From contig CAYXKQ010000002.1 of NCBI GenBank assembly GCA_964465715.1, forward strand, positions 1-27,140: DNA of 27,140 nucleotides, read 5' to 3'. The stretch comes from an uncultured Chloroflexota bacterium. GTDB lineage: Bacteria > Chloroflexota > UBA11872 > VXNJ01. Shown one piece after another: positions 17,448-26,166 of this stretch (positions are counted from its first letter, which is position 1; every line of letters begins with the position of its first letter). The position numbers and the translations under genes are program-made. The notes beneath the pieces were generated by a model. That model had not been told where the DNA came from. It was given only the letters and a program-made list of their open reading frames with translations, and did no database searches.

Positions 17448-18603
17448 AGTCTTCCGCGCAGCAAGAAAGGTCGTCGAGGTACATTCCCGCCCTGCGGCGC
17501 ATCGCGACCGCGTCCGCGGTGTCCAATCCGAGGCGCTGAGCGATGGCGTCGGCGATGACCGCGAAGCGAAGGCGGAATTTGAAGATGAAGCAGAAGCTCA
17601 CGCCGCGGTGCTGGACCATCGGGCCGGAGATGAACAGGCCCGGGACCACCGTGGATTCGTCGGCCTCTTCGGTAATGACGGGGGCGCCAGTATTGTCGTA
17701 CTCGATCTTGCCGGCGAGGTGGCCGAGCGACCCCGTAAAGCCGGTGGCCAGGAGCGGCCGGGTCGCGCTCGCCCACTCTCGGCCGTCGGTGGCGCGGACA
17801 ACCCAGGCGACGCCGTTCTCGCGGACCGACGCAACGTCGACATCCTCGACCAGGTCCACCAGGCCGGTGTCGTGGGCTTTTGCGAGACGTTCGCGGGTAA
17901 ACGGCGAGAGGGTCAGGCTCGGGTCCGGCTCGTCGATCTGCCAGGTCGCCGTCCGTGCCAGCACGGTCACGTTCTTTTGCAGCTGAGCGAGCCCAACCGC
18001 CGCATCGGCGGCGCTCTCGTAGCCGCCGATCACCGTGAAGCGGTCGCCCTCAAGATCCCGCCATGTGCCGACCTCGGCAGTGTGGCGGCAGTTGTCCGCG
18101 CCGGCGATCGAGTTGCGTTCCGGGTACTGAAACTCCCCGGCCGCCCAGATGACGTACCGCGCCCGAACCGGCCGGTCGGAGGTCGTGAGCGTGAAAGTGC
18201 CGTCGTCCTCGGTGGCAAGCGAGCAGACATCTACCCCGGGCGCCACCCGGAGCTGATAGTACTGGGCGACGGCGTCGAGGTACTGGGCGTAAGCGCCGCC
18301 GCTGGGGTGTTCCTGGCCGAGCGAGTAGGCGGGGGAGGTTCCGGGGGCGATCGCGTTGAGGTCGAGTGCCCCGAACGCGTTCGACGTGAATGACGGGGTG
18401 ATGAAGCGCATCTCATTCGGCCACCGTCGGAACGAGGCGCCGATCTCATGGCGATCTAGGATTACGACGTCGTCGACGCCGAATTCCCTCAGGGCGGCCG
18501 CGCATCCGAGGCCGGCTGGACCGGCTCCCACGATCGCGACCTGATGTAGGCGCGATCGTCCCGGGAACCGGATCCGCTCCCGTAAAGTGCCCATTTTGGT
18601 CAT
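17437..18603 (-). CDS. NAD(P)/FAD-dependent oxidoreductase with Cys-rich C-terminus
   Basis: VGAGPAG FAD motif, VIGGYESA second dinucleotide motif, LATGF, C-terminal SCCAEDCAC. ATG 18603 has GAGGA upstream (alternative 18594). Overlaps the FeoB-like start by 11 nt. Confidence 0.9.
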   Translation of the reverse strand: MTKMGTLRERIRFPGRSRLHQVAIVGAGPAGLGCAAALREFGVDDVVILDRHEIGASFRRWPNEMRFITPSFTSNAFGALDLNAIAPGTSPAYSLGQEHPSGGAYAQYLDAVAQYYQLRVAPGVDVCSLATEDDGTFTLTTSDRPVRARYVIWAAGEFQYPERNSIAGADNCRHTAEVGTWRDLEGDRFTVIGGYESAADAAVGLAQLQKNVTVLARTATWQIDEPDPSLTLSPFTRERLAKAHDTGLVDLVEDVDVASVRENGVAWVVRATDGREWASATRPLLATGFTGSLGHLAGKIEYDNTGAPVITEEADESTVVPGLFISGPMVQHRGVSFCFIFKFRLRFAVIADAIAQRLGLDTADAVAMRRRAGMYLDDLSCCAEDCAC

Positions 18604-18648
18604 GCGGCCAATCCTCTGGAAGTCTTGCTCGTGATTTGCAATGAAGGG

Positions 18649-18672
18649 GAATTGATACTTGATTATCAATTC
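18649..18672. promoter_or_regulatory. AT-rich palindromic operator, Fur/Zur-family-like
   Basis: GAATTGATA-CTTGAT-TATCAATTC: perfect 9-bp arms with a 6-bp spacer, about 45 bp upstream of the oxidoreductase-FeoB-like operon in otherwise GC-rich DNA. Confidence 0.7.
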
Positions 18673-18692
18673 TTTTGGTCATTGGGAGACTG

Positions 18693-18744
18693 CGGTCAAC
18701 GCTTGATCAGCCCCAAAATGGGTTAGGGAGCGGAGCGTTGACCG
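18693..18744. repeat. 11-bp perfect inverted repeat
   Basis: CGGTCAACGCT (18693-18703) and AGCGTTGACCG (18734-18744) with a 30-nt spacer. Confidence 0.7.
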
Positions 18745-18885
18745 GTACGTACGCACGCGGGCCGGCAGGATTTGAGCTCGGAACCTCGCCCGTGACGAGT
18801 CCACCAGCCACCTCGATCCCAGGTCGGCGGGAACGCTGTCCGCGCCGGCGTGGGTAAGCCCACCCTTCGCCGCTTCCGGGTATTG

Positions 18886-18962
18886 TGGTAGCGCATGCGG
18901 GATTCGAACCCGCGATCTTCGCCTTGAGAGGGCGATGTCCTGGGCCGCTAGACGAATGCGCC
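18886..18962 (-). tRNA. tRNA-Glu (anticodon CTC)
   Basis: GGCGCAT...ATGCGCT acceptor stem, anticodon arm TCGCC-CTCTCAA-GGCGA, T-loop GGTTCGAATCC, encoded CCA. TAAAAT -10-like hexamer at 18971-18976 on the minus strand. Confidence 0.97.
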
Positions 18963-19066
18963 AGAGTGGAATTTTAGCGGCGCCACAGTCCGGCATGTGC
19001 CGGTCTTTCTAGACTCTTGACGACCGCTGATTCACGCCGTGCGCGGCGCCCGGAAGAGAACTGAAC

Positions 19067-20404
19067 TTGCTTGAAAGGCTTTCCGAACGGCTGGACGCCG
19101 TAATCAAGAAGGTCTCGGGACGGGGCCGGATCCGCGAGAGCGACATAAAAGTGGCGATGCGGGAGGTCCGCGTCGCGCTGCTGGAAGCCGATGTCCAACT
19201 CAGGGTGGCACGCGATTTCGTGCGTTCGGTCGGTGAGCGCGCAGTAGGGCGCGAGGTCCTCTCGAGCGTCTCGCCACGCCAGCAATTGATAAAAATCGTC
19301 CACGACGAACTCACCGCCCTGCTGGGCGGCCAGGCCAGCGAACTGGCCCCGGCTAAATCCGGCGGGCGCCGGATCCTGATGGCGGGATTGCAGGGGTCGG
19401 GCAAGACTACCAGCGCCGCCAAGCTTGCCCTGCAAATCAAGGAGTCGGGCCGGCAGCCGCTGCTGGTGGCCTGTGATCTCAAACGCCCGGCCGCGATCGA
19501 GCAGCTGCAGACCCTGGCCGGTCAGATCGACGCCCCGATCCATTCCGAATCGATCAATTCGAAACCCGAGCACGTCGCCCGCAACGGGGTACGCAAGGCC
19601 GAAGCGCTGGGTGCCTCGGACGTGATCGTGGATACCGCCGGTCGCCTGCAGATCGACGGTGACCTGATGGACGAGGTGGAACGGGTGGCCCGGCAGATCG
19701 ACCCGACCGAAGTCCTGCTGGTGGTCGATGCAATGACCGGGCAGGAAGCGGTCAACGTGGCCAGTGAATTCCACCGCCGCCTCAAACTCACCGGACTCGT
19801 GCTGACCAAACTGGACGGCGATGCCCGCGGTGGGGCCCTGCTCTCGATCAGGGCGGCCACCGGGGTGCCGATCAAGTTCATCGGGTCGGGTGAAAAGATC
19901 GAACCCCTTGAGCGCTTCCATCCCGATCGGCTGGCCTCGCGGATTCTGGGAATGGGGGACGTGATAACGCTGGTGGAGAAGGCCGAGGCCAGCATTGATG
20001 CCGAGGCCGCCGCGCGGATGGAGAAGAAGCTGCGCAGCGCCAGCTTCGACCTGACCGACTTTCTCGAACAAATCGACCAGATCGAAAACATGGGTTCGCT
20101 GGCCCAGGTGGCCAATCTGATCCCGGGCATGTCGCGGCTCGGTGACCGGGGCAAGATCCAGGAGGCGCTAGCCGGGCGCGAGCTGGACCGCACCAAGGCG
20201 ATCATCCTGAGCATGACGCCGGCCGAGCGTTCGGACCCATCCATCATCAACGGTTCGCGCCGACGCCGGATTGCGGCCGGTTCGGGTACCACCCCGCGCG
20301 ATGTAAACCAGCTGCTGAACCAGTTCTCGACCATGCGCACGATGATGCGCCAGATCGCGCGCGGACGAATGCCCAGCTTCCCGGGTTTCTCGCCCTTCGG
20401 GTAG
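19067..20404 (+). CDS. ffh: Signal recognition particle protein Ffh
   Basis: ALLEADV, GLQGSGKTT, DTAGR, TKLDGDARGG, RILGMGD, M-domain SMTPAER...SRRRRIAAGSG; TTG start. Confidence 0.98.
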   Translation: MLERLSERLDAVIKKVSGRGRIRESDIKVAMREVRVALLEADVQLRVARDFVRSVGERAVGREVLSSVSPRQQLIKIVHDELTALLGGQASELAPAKSGGRRILMAGLQGSGKTTSAAKLALQIKESGRQPLLVACDLKRPAAIEQLQTLAGQIDAPIHSESINSKPEHVARNGVRKAEALGASDVIVDTAGRLQIDGDLMDEVERVARQIDPTEVLLVVDAMTGQEAVNVASEFHRRLKLTGLVLTKLDGDARGGALLSIRAATGVPIKFIGSGEKIEPLERFHPDRLASRILGMGDVITLVEKAEASIDAEAAARMEKKLRSASFDLTDFLEQIDQIENMGSLAQVANLIPGMSRLGDRGKIQEALAGRELDRTKAIILSMTPAERSDPSIINGSRRRRIAAGSGTTPRDVNQLLNQFSTMRTMMRQIARGRMPSFPGFSPFG

Positions 20405-20502
20405 CAGCACGGCGGGCGCGATAATCTTTCCGGCTCGCGCCGGCGCCACGTTGTGCGCCCCAGATCATCTGCCGCCCCTTCCCCCACTACGGATGCACCG
20501 CC

Positions 20503-21369
20503 ATGCCTGACGCCTTCTTCGGAGTAATCGGCGGAAGCGGTTTTTACGACATCGAAAACGTCAGCGGGCTGCAAGAGGTCGTACTCGACACCCCGTTCGG
20601 CGATCCCAGCGACAGCTATCTGGTGGGCGAATTGGACGGGATTCCGGTCGCATTTCTTCCCCGGCACGGGCGCGGCCACCGGATATCTCCCTCGCAACTG
20701 AATTCCCGGGCCAACATCTGGGGATTCAAGCAGCTGGGGGTGACCTGGCTGCTCGGGGTATCAGCGGTCGGCAGCCTGCGCGAAGAGATTGAACCCCGCC
20801 ACATTGTGGTCCCCGACCAGTTGATCGACCGGACCCGCTCGCGCTCGCTCACCTTTTTCAACGATCCGGGACTGGTGGTCCACGCCGGAATGGCCGAACC
20901 CTTCTGTCCGGTGCTGGCCGATCTCGTCGCGTCCGCCGCCGAGACCGCCGGCGCGCGGGTCCACCGCGGCGGGGCCTACGTCTGCATCGAGGGTCCGCAG
21001 TTTTCGACCAAGGCCGAATCGGAGATCTTCCGCGGCTGGGGGGCGTCGGTGATCGGCATGACCGCGGTCCCTGAAGCCAAGCTCGCCCGCGAGGCCGAAC
21101 TCCCGTTTGCACTGCTGGCCCTGTCGACCGATTACGACGTCTGGAAGGACGAGCCGGTGACGGCGGCGCTGGTGGTTGCCAATATGGCCGCAAACCTGAA
21201 ACTGGCCCAGCAAGCGGTGGTGAACCTGGCCAGCATGCTGCCGGCCGGCAATGAAACCAGTCCCGCCCCCACCGCGCTCGACGGGGCGATCCAGTCCGAT
21301 TCCGGCCTACTCGGCGAGGAATTGCGCCGCAAGTACGGGCTGCTGATCAACCGCGCGCTTTCAGCCTGA
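20503..21369 (+). CDS. mtnP: S-methyl-5'-thioadenosine phosphorylase
   Basis: [46 protein letters not shown] (6-aminopurine-type motif). Confidence 0.94.
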   Translation: MPDAFFGVIGGSGFYDIENVSGLQEVVLDTPFGDPSDSYLVGELDGIPVAFLPRHGRGHRISPSQLNSRANIWGFKQLGVTWLLGVSAVGSLREEIEPRHIVVPDQLIDRTRSRSLTFFNDPGLVVHAGMAEPFCPVLADLVASAAETAGARVHRGGAYVCIEGPQFSTKAESEIFRGWGASVIGMTAVPEAKLAREAELPFALLALSTDYDVWKDEPVTAALVVANMAANLKLAQQAVVNLASMLPAGNETSPAPTALDGAIQSDSGLLGEELRRKYGLLINRALSA

Positions 21370-21392
21370 CCCAGAACACTACAAGGATCCCG

Positions 21393-22673
21393 ATGGCCAC
21401 CACAACCGAATTGCCCGTGGACTGCGATATCGCCGACCCGACCCTGGCCGACGCTGGCCACGACATGATCGAATGGGCCGATTCTTCAATGCCGGTCCTG
21501 GCCCGCATCCGTGAGCGCTTCGCCTCCGAAAAGCCGCTCGCCGGTCTCTCGGTCGCGGCCTGCCTGCACGTGACCACCGAGACCGCCAACCTGATGCGGA
21601 CGCTTGACGCTGGCGGCGCCGCCGTAGCCCTGTGCGCATCCAACCCGCTTTCGACCCAGGATGCGACCGCGGCGGCGCTGGTCCGGCATTATGGAATCAG
21701 CGTGTACGCCCGCTGCGGCGAGGACAACCAGACCTATTACCGACACATCGACAGCGTTCTCGATCGCGGCCCGCACCTGACCATGGACGATGGCGCCGAT
21801 CTGGTCTCGCGTATTCACCAGCAGCGGCGCGAGCTGATCCCGCAGATCATCGGTGGAACCGAAGAAACGACGACCGGGGTGGTGCGGTTGCAGGCCATGC
21901 ACGCCGACGGCCAGTTGGCCTACCCGATCATGGCGGTCAACGAGGCCGATACCAAGCACCTGTTCGACAACCGCTACGGCACCGGTCAATCGACCATAGA
22001 TGGAATCCTGCGCGCCACCAACAAACTGATTGCCGGTTCCCGATTCGTCGTGTCCGGTTACGGCTGGTGCGGACGCGGCCTGGCCGCCCGGGCATCCGGC
22101 ATGGGCGCAAATGTGATCGTGACCGAAGTTGACCCGACCCGGGCCCTGGAAGCGGTCATGGACGGATACCAGGTCATGCCAATTGGCGAAGCCGCCAGGG
22201 TCGGGGACATCTTTGTGACGGTGACCTCGAACAAGGACGTAATCGATACCGACCACCTGCGAGTGATGAAGGATGGGGCCATACTGGCCAATTCGGGGCA
22301 TTTCGATGCCGAGATTAACGTCCGCGCCCTGGCCGAGCTTTCGCGGTCGAAGCGAACCCTGCGGCCGCTGCTGGACGAGTACGAGATGCCGGACGGCCGG
22401 CGATTGCGTCTGCTGGCCGGCGGCCGGCTGGTCAATCTGGCGGCGGCCGAGGGCCATCCGCCGGGCGTGATGGACATGAGTTTCGCCAACCAGGCCCTGG
22501 GCGCCGAGTACATGTGGGAGCGGGCCGGCCAGCTCGATCCCCAGGTCCTTGGCGTTCCGGCCGAGATCGACAAGAACGTTGCTCGCCTGAAGCTTTCCAG
22601 CATGGGCATCGCGATTGATTCCATGACCGCCGAACAGGCGCGTTATGCCACGTCCTGGGAAGAGGGCACATGA
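21393..22673 (+). CDS. ahcY: Adenosylhomocysteinase
   Basis: [64 protein letters not shown]. Confidence 0.98.
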   Translation: MATTTELPVDCDIADPTLADAGHDMIEWADSSMPVLARIRERFASEKPLAGLSVAACLHVTTETANLMRTLDAGGAAVALCASNPLSTQDATAAALVRHYGISVYARCGEDNQTYYRHIDSVLDRGPHLTMDDGADLVSRIHQQRRELIPQIIGGTEETTTGVVRLQAMHADGQLAYPIMAVNEADTKHLFDNRYGTGQSTIDGILRATNKLIAGSRFVVSGYGWCGRGLAARASGMGANVIVTEVDPTRALEAVMDGYQVMPIGEAARVGDIFVTVTSNKDVIDTDHLRVMKDGAILANSGHFDAEINVRALAELSRSKRTLRPLLDEYEMPDGRRLRLLAGGRLVNLAAAEGHPPGVMDMSFANQALGAEYMWERAGQLDPQVLGVPAEIDKNVARLKLSSMGIAIDSMTAEQARYATSWEEGT

Positions 22674-22689
22674 ACGAGAAGGCGCAACC

Positions 22690-23886
22690 ATGAGCGTAAA
22701 CCTCATCGCCGCTGACCGGTTTCTTTTCACTTCGGAATCGGTTTCCGAGGGCCATCCGGACAAGGTCTGTGACCAGATCTCGGACGCCGTGGTCGACACG
22801 CTGCTGGCGCGTGATCCGAATTCGCGAGTTGCCTGTGAAGTTGCCGCATCGAATAAGGGCCTTTACGTTCTCGGCGAGGTCACCTGCAATCTGGACGGCC
22901 AGGATCTGGATTCTCTGGTCGAGGGGATCGTCCGTTCGATCGTGGCCGACATCGGATACACCAGCCAGGAACTGGGCATGGACGCCGGCAGCGTTCCGGT
23001 CAACGTGCTCCTGAACCCGCAATCGGCCGATATCGCTCTGGGCGTGGACCGCGCAAATCCCGACGAACAAGGCGCCGGCGACCAGGGAATGATGTTTGGC
23101 TACGCCTGCCGTGAGACCGATGAGCTGATGCCGCTGCCGATTACCCTGGCGCACCGTTTGACGCACCGTCTGAGCCAGGTCCGCAAGTCGGGGAAACTCC
23201 CCTTCCTGCGGCCTGATGGCAAGAGCCAGGTCACCGTCGAATATCGCCACGGCCGTCCGGAGCGCGTGACCAACGTGGTCATTGCCGCCCAGCACGATCC
23301 CGACGTGTCCGACGAGAAGCTCAAAAAGCTCATCCAACGCGACGTGGTCAAAGACGTTATCGACGGGCGCTATCTTGACGGCGAGTCCGAGATCCTCATA
23401 AACGGAACCGGCCGTTTCGTCGATGGAGGTCCCGGTGCCGATGCCGGCCTGACCGGACGCAAGATCATTGTTGACACCTATGGGGGCATGGCCCGGCACG
23501 GCGGCGGGGCGTTCTCCGGCAAGGACCCTTCCAAGGTCGACAGATCAGCTGCGTACATGTCGCGGTACGTGGCCAAGAACCTCGTCGCGGCAGGACTGGC
23601 GGACCGCGCCGAGGTGCAGCTGGCCTACTGCATCGGCGTCGCCGAACCGGTCTCGGTGAATGTGGAGACTTTCGGGACCTCGATGCTGACACCCGGAGAC
23701 CTGGACGCCCTGGTCAGGGATAACTTTGACCTGCGGCCGCAGCGGATCATCAGTGGCCTGGGCCTGCGACGCCCGATTTACCGGGCGGTGGCCGCCTACG
23801 GACACTTCGGCCGCCCCGACCTGCAGCTTCCCTGGGAGCGGACCGACCGCGTCGAAGACCTGCGCAATACCGCTGGTTTGACATAA
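22690..23886 (+). CDS. metK: S-adenosylmethionine synthetase
   Basis: [46 protein letters not shown] at 22690. Confidence 0.98.
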   Translation: MSVNLIAADRFLFTSESVSEGHPDKVCDQISDAVVDTLLARDPNSRVACEVAASNKGLYVLGEVTCNLDGQDLDSLVEGIVRSIVADIGYTSQELGMDAGSVPVNVLLNPQSADIALGVDRANPDEQGAGDQGMMFGYACRETDELMPLPITLAHRLTHRLSQVRKSGKLPFLRPDGKSQVTVEYRHGRPERVTNVVIAAQHDPDVSDEKLKKLIQRDVVKDVIDGRYLDGESEILINGTGRFVDGGPGADAGLTGRKIIVDTYGGMARHGGGAFSGKDPSKVDRSAAYMSRYVAKNLVAAGLADRAEVQLAYCIGVAEPVSVNVETFGTSMLTPGDLDALVRDNFDLRPQRIISGLGLRRPIYRAVAAYGHFGRPDLQLPWERTDRVEDLRNTAGLT

Positions 23887-23983
23887 TCGCCAATTGCCGG
23901 CCAGCGCCGCCGGTATGCCGGGAGCGGTGCCGGTGATTGCAGGCCGTCCGTCCGCCAGGATCCAGCAGATTGCTCCGATGAAG

Positions 23984-24009
23984 GTAACGACTGCCGCCGA
24001 TTCGGCGTT
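23984..24009 (+). promoter_or_regulatory. Putative ECF-type (auto-regulatory) promoter
   Basis: GTAAC (23984-23988), 17-nt spacer, CGTT (24006-24009), ending 17 nt before the ECF sigma ATG. Fits the general AAC/CGT ECF consensus. Confidence 0.55.
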
Positions 24010-24026
24010 TTGCAATTTGAGAGCGA

Positions 24027-24599
24027 ATGGGGGCAGGACTAATTAGCTCGGCGCGGACACCCGACGAGCTGGATGAACTGATTCGACGCTCAGTTGAACT
24101 TGATCGCGAAGCGTTCGGTCTCGTTTATGAGGAATTCTTCCCGCAGATCCACCGGTTCATCGAGTACCGGATCGGCGGCAATCGGCACATCGCCGAAGAC
24201 TTGGCCAGCCAGGTCTTCATGCTGGCGTTGCGGGCGATTGGCAGGTACCAGCACCGTTCGGTTGCCGGGTTCAGGGGCTGGATATTCCGCATCGCGCGCA
24301 ACGCCATTGCCGACCACTTCCGGCGCAGTCAGGACCTGGCCTACGACATCGAGTCGCACGCCCGGCAGCTCGTTGACGAAAGCGACGATTACGAACGCAT
24401 CGCCACCTCGGACATCCTGGGTCGCGCCCTGGAGGCTCTCACGCCCGAGCAGGCCGAGGTGATCGCACTGCGGTTTACGCAAGACCTCTCACACCGCGAA
24501 ATTTCCGCGATCATCGGGAAAAAGGAGAACGCGGTCCGGGCGCTGCAGTTCAGGGCCATCGCGACGCTGCGTCGCCGCCTGCAGGAGCTGGATCCGTGA
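24027..24599 (+). CDS. ECF-family RNA polymerase sigma-70 factor
   Basis: Region 2 AEDLASQVF...FRGWIFRIARNAIADHFR; region 4 LTPEQAEVIALRF..DLSHREIS.IIGK...AVRALQFRA. Confidence 0.95.
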   Translation: MGAGLISSARTPDELDELIRRSVELDREAFGLVYEEFFPQIHRFIEYRIGGNRHIAEDLASQVFMLALRAIGRYQHRSVAGFRGWIFRIARNAIADHFRRSQDLAYDIESHARQLVDESDDYERIATSDILGRALEALTPEQAEVIALRFTQDLSHREISAIIGKKENAVRALQFRAIATLRRRLQELDP

Positions 24600-26071
24600 A
24601 CCGCTCCGAGCGCGCCTTAGCCGCCCTGCTGGAAGCCTACCTGGACGAGAAGGCGGACCGCCAGCAGCTGATTTCGCAGAATCCGGAACAGGCGGAAGAC
24701 CTGTCCGCGTACCTGGCGGTAATCGACGATCTGCGAGCGGCCCGCCCGCCCGATCCCGATCCGGACACGGTTCGATTGCGCCGTCGCGAATTCGAACTGG
24801 AGGTCGAGCGCTACGCCGCCGAGCGGCCCGATGGCGGACTGCTGCAGGCGCTTCGCGGCTGGGCCGAATCGCTGTTCGCCCAGGCCCGGGTAGCGGCCGT
24901 CGCACTCTCCCTGGTCGTGGTGGTCCTGGCCGGCAGCGGAGTGTCGGCGGCGGCCCTGGTGGCGCCGCCGGGGAGCCCGCTTTACGGTTACAAGCTCACC
25001 GTTGAACGGGCGGCAATCCAGCTCGCCGACGAAAAGGACCGGCCGGCCACCTACATCGAACTGGCCGAGCGCCGAATCTCCGAATTGACCTCGCTGGGCC
25101 CCGACGCCTCGCCGGACGTCGTTGCCAAGGTCTCGGCCTCCTACCAGATGCTCGTCGAGGACGGATTGCAGGCAATCAATTCGCTGCAGAGTTCGGGAGA
25201 CTTCGACCCCGAGAACGCAATCAGCAACTACGAGCAGCGCGTGCGCCAGCATGGCGAGCAGCTGGAATCGTTCGCCGTCGACGTCGAACCGGTCAGCAAC
25301 ACGCTTGAACTGATCCAGCAGCTGGTCTCCGGTCCGCTACTGGCCGGCGCCGGCCCGGACAAGGGCGGTCCCGGGGCCGAGCCGGAGGCAACTCCTTCGC
25401 CTACCCCGCCCCCGACCCCGGCGCCCACCCCGGCCCCGGCTCCGGCGCCCACCCCACCCCCGACCCCGGCGCCCACCCCGACCCCGGAACCCGATCCGGA
25501 ACCCGAGGTGGTTGAAATCTCCGGGGAAATATCCGACATCGGGCGCGGCGCGCTGAGGATTGGGCAGACGACGGTGCTCCTGGAAGCCGAGGGCCACCCC
25601 GCCCCGACCATCGCGGGTGAGCCCGCGGTCGGCGCCACGGCGACGGTCTCAGGTGTCCGTCAGGACGAGTCGACCCTCATCGCCCAGTCGGTCCAGGTCG
25701 CCGCCGAGCCCGCCACGCCGGCCGGCCAGCCGACCGCGACGCCGACGCAGGCCCCCTCGACCACGCCCACTCCGACCGAACCGCCGGTAGACGAGGTCCA
25801 AACTCCCGCCCCCGATCCCACGCCCGTCCCGACCCCGGAGCCGATCGTGGTACTGGCCGAATTCGAGTACTCCGGATACGTACAGGCGTACGACGGCGAC
25901 ACCCTGACGATTGACGGTCGGGTGATATTTCTGCGTGGCGATTCGGACCCCGACGCCGCGGTGACCGGCGCCGAGCTCGGCGCCGGAGCGCTGATCGAAG
26001 TCAGCGGTGAATTGCTCTCGGACCTCAGACTGCGGGCCCGGACTATTTCGGTGAAGGTCGGCGCGCTTTAG
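24596..26071 (+). CDS. Putative membrane anti-sigma factor (DUF5667-like domain, Pro/Thr linkers, two DUF5666-like OB domains)
   Basis: GTGA overlap with the sigma gene; single TM helix; PGSPLYGYKLTVER...LAERRISEL; two related beta modules (EISGEISDI..., EYSGYVQAY...) separated by PT-rich linkers. Confidence 0.8.
   Translation: MNRSERALAALLEAYLDEKADRQQLISQNPEQAEDLSAYLAVIDDLRAARPPDPDPDTVRLRRREFELEVERYAAERPDGGLLQALRGWAESLFAQARVAAVALSLVVVVLAGSGVSAAALVAPPGSPLYGYKLTVERAAIQLADEKDRPATYIELAERRISELTSLGPDASPDVVAKVSASYQMLVEDGLQAINSLQSSGDFDPENAISNYEQRVRQHGEQLESFAVDVEPVSNTLELIQQLVSGPLLAGAGPDKGGPGAEPEATPSPTPPPTPAPTPAPAPAPTPPPTPAPTPTPEPDPEPEVVEISGEISDIGRGALRIGQTTVLLEAEGHPAPTIAGEPAVGATATVSGVRQDESTLIAQSVQVAAEPATPAGQPTATPTQAPSTTPTPTEPPVDEVQTPAPDPTPVPTPEPIVVLAEFEYSGYVQAYDGDTLTIDGRVIFLRGDSDPDAAVTGAELGAGALIEVSGELLSDLRLRARTISVKVGAL
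25394..25508 (+). repeat. Low-complexity Pro-Thr/Pro-Ala coding repeat containing a 24-bp direct repeat
   Basis: CCCCCGACCCCGGCGCCCACCCCG at 25409-25432 and 25457-25480; encodes PSPTPPPTPAPTPAPAPAPTPPPTPAPTPTPEPDPEPE. Confidence 0.85.
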
Positions 26072-26166
26072 CGCCACCCGAATCGGGACGCGGGGTATAG
26101 CCTAAGGGCGATCAAACACGCGTGGCCGTGGGGCGTCACGCAACTCCGCTTGAAGGACTGGCCGCG

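Noticed and set aside
20405..20502. SAM/SAH riboswitch ahead of mtnP-ahcY-metK
   Set aside because: Only two short GC hairpins; no SAM-I or SAH consensus elements seen.
17104..23499. Long antisense ORFs (17104..18393, 18974..20071, 19522..20697, 21486..22799, 22432..23499)
   Set aside because: Shadow ORFs expected opposite well-supported genes in high-GC DNA.
25394..25508. CRISPR-like or G-quadruplex element
   Set aside because: Fully explained by Pro-rich codons; no spacer structure and no cas genes.
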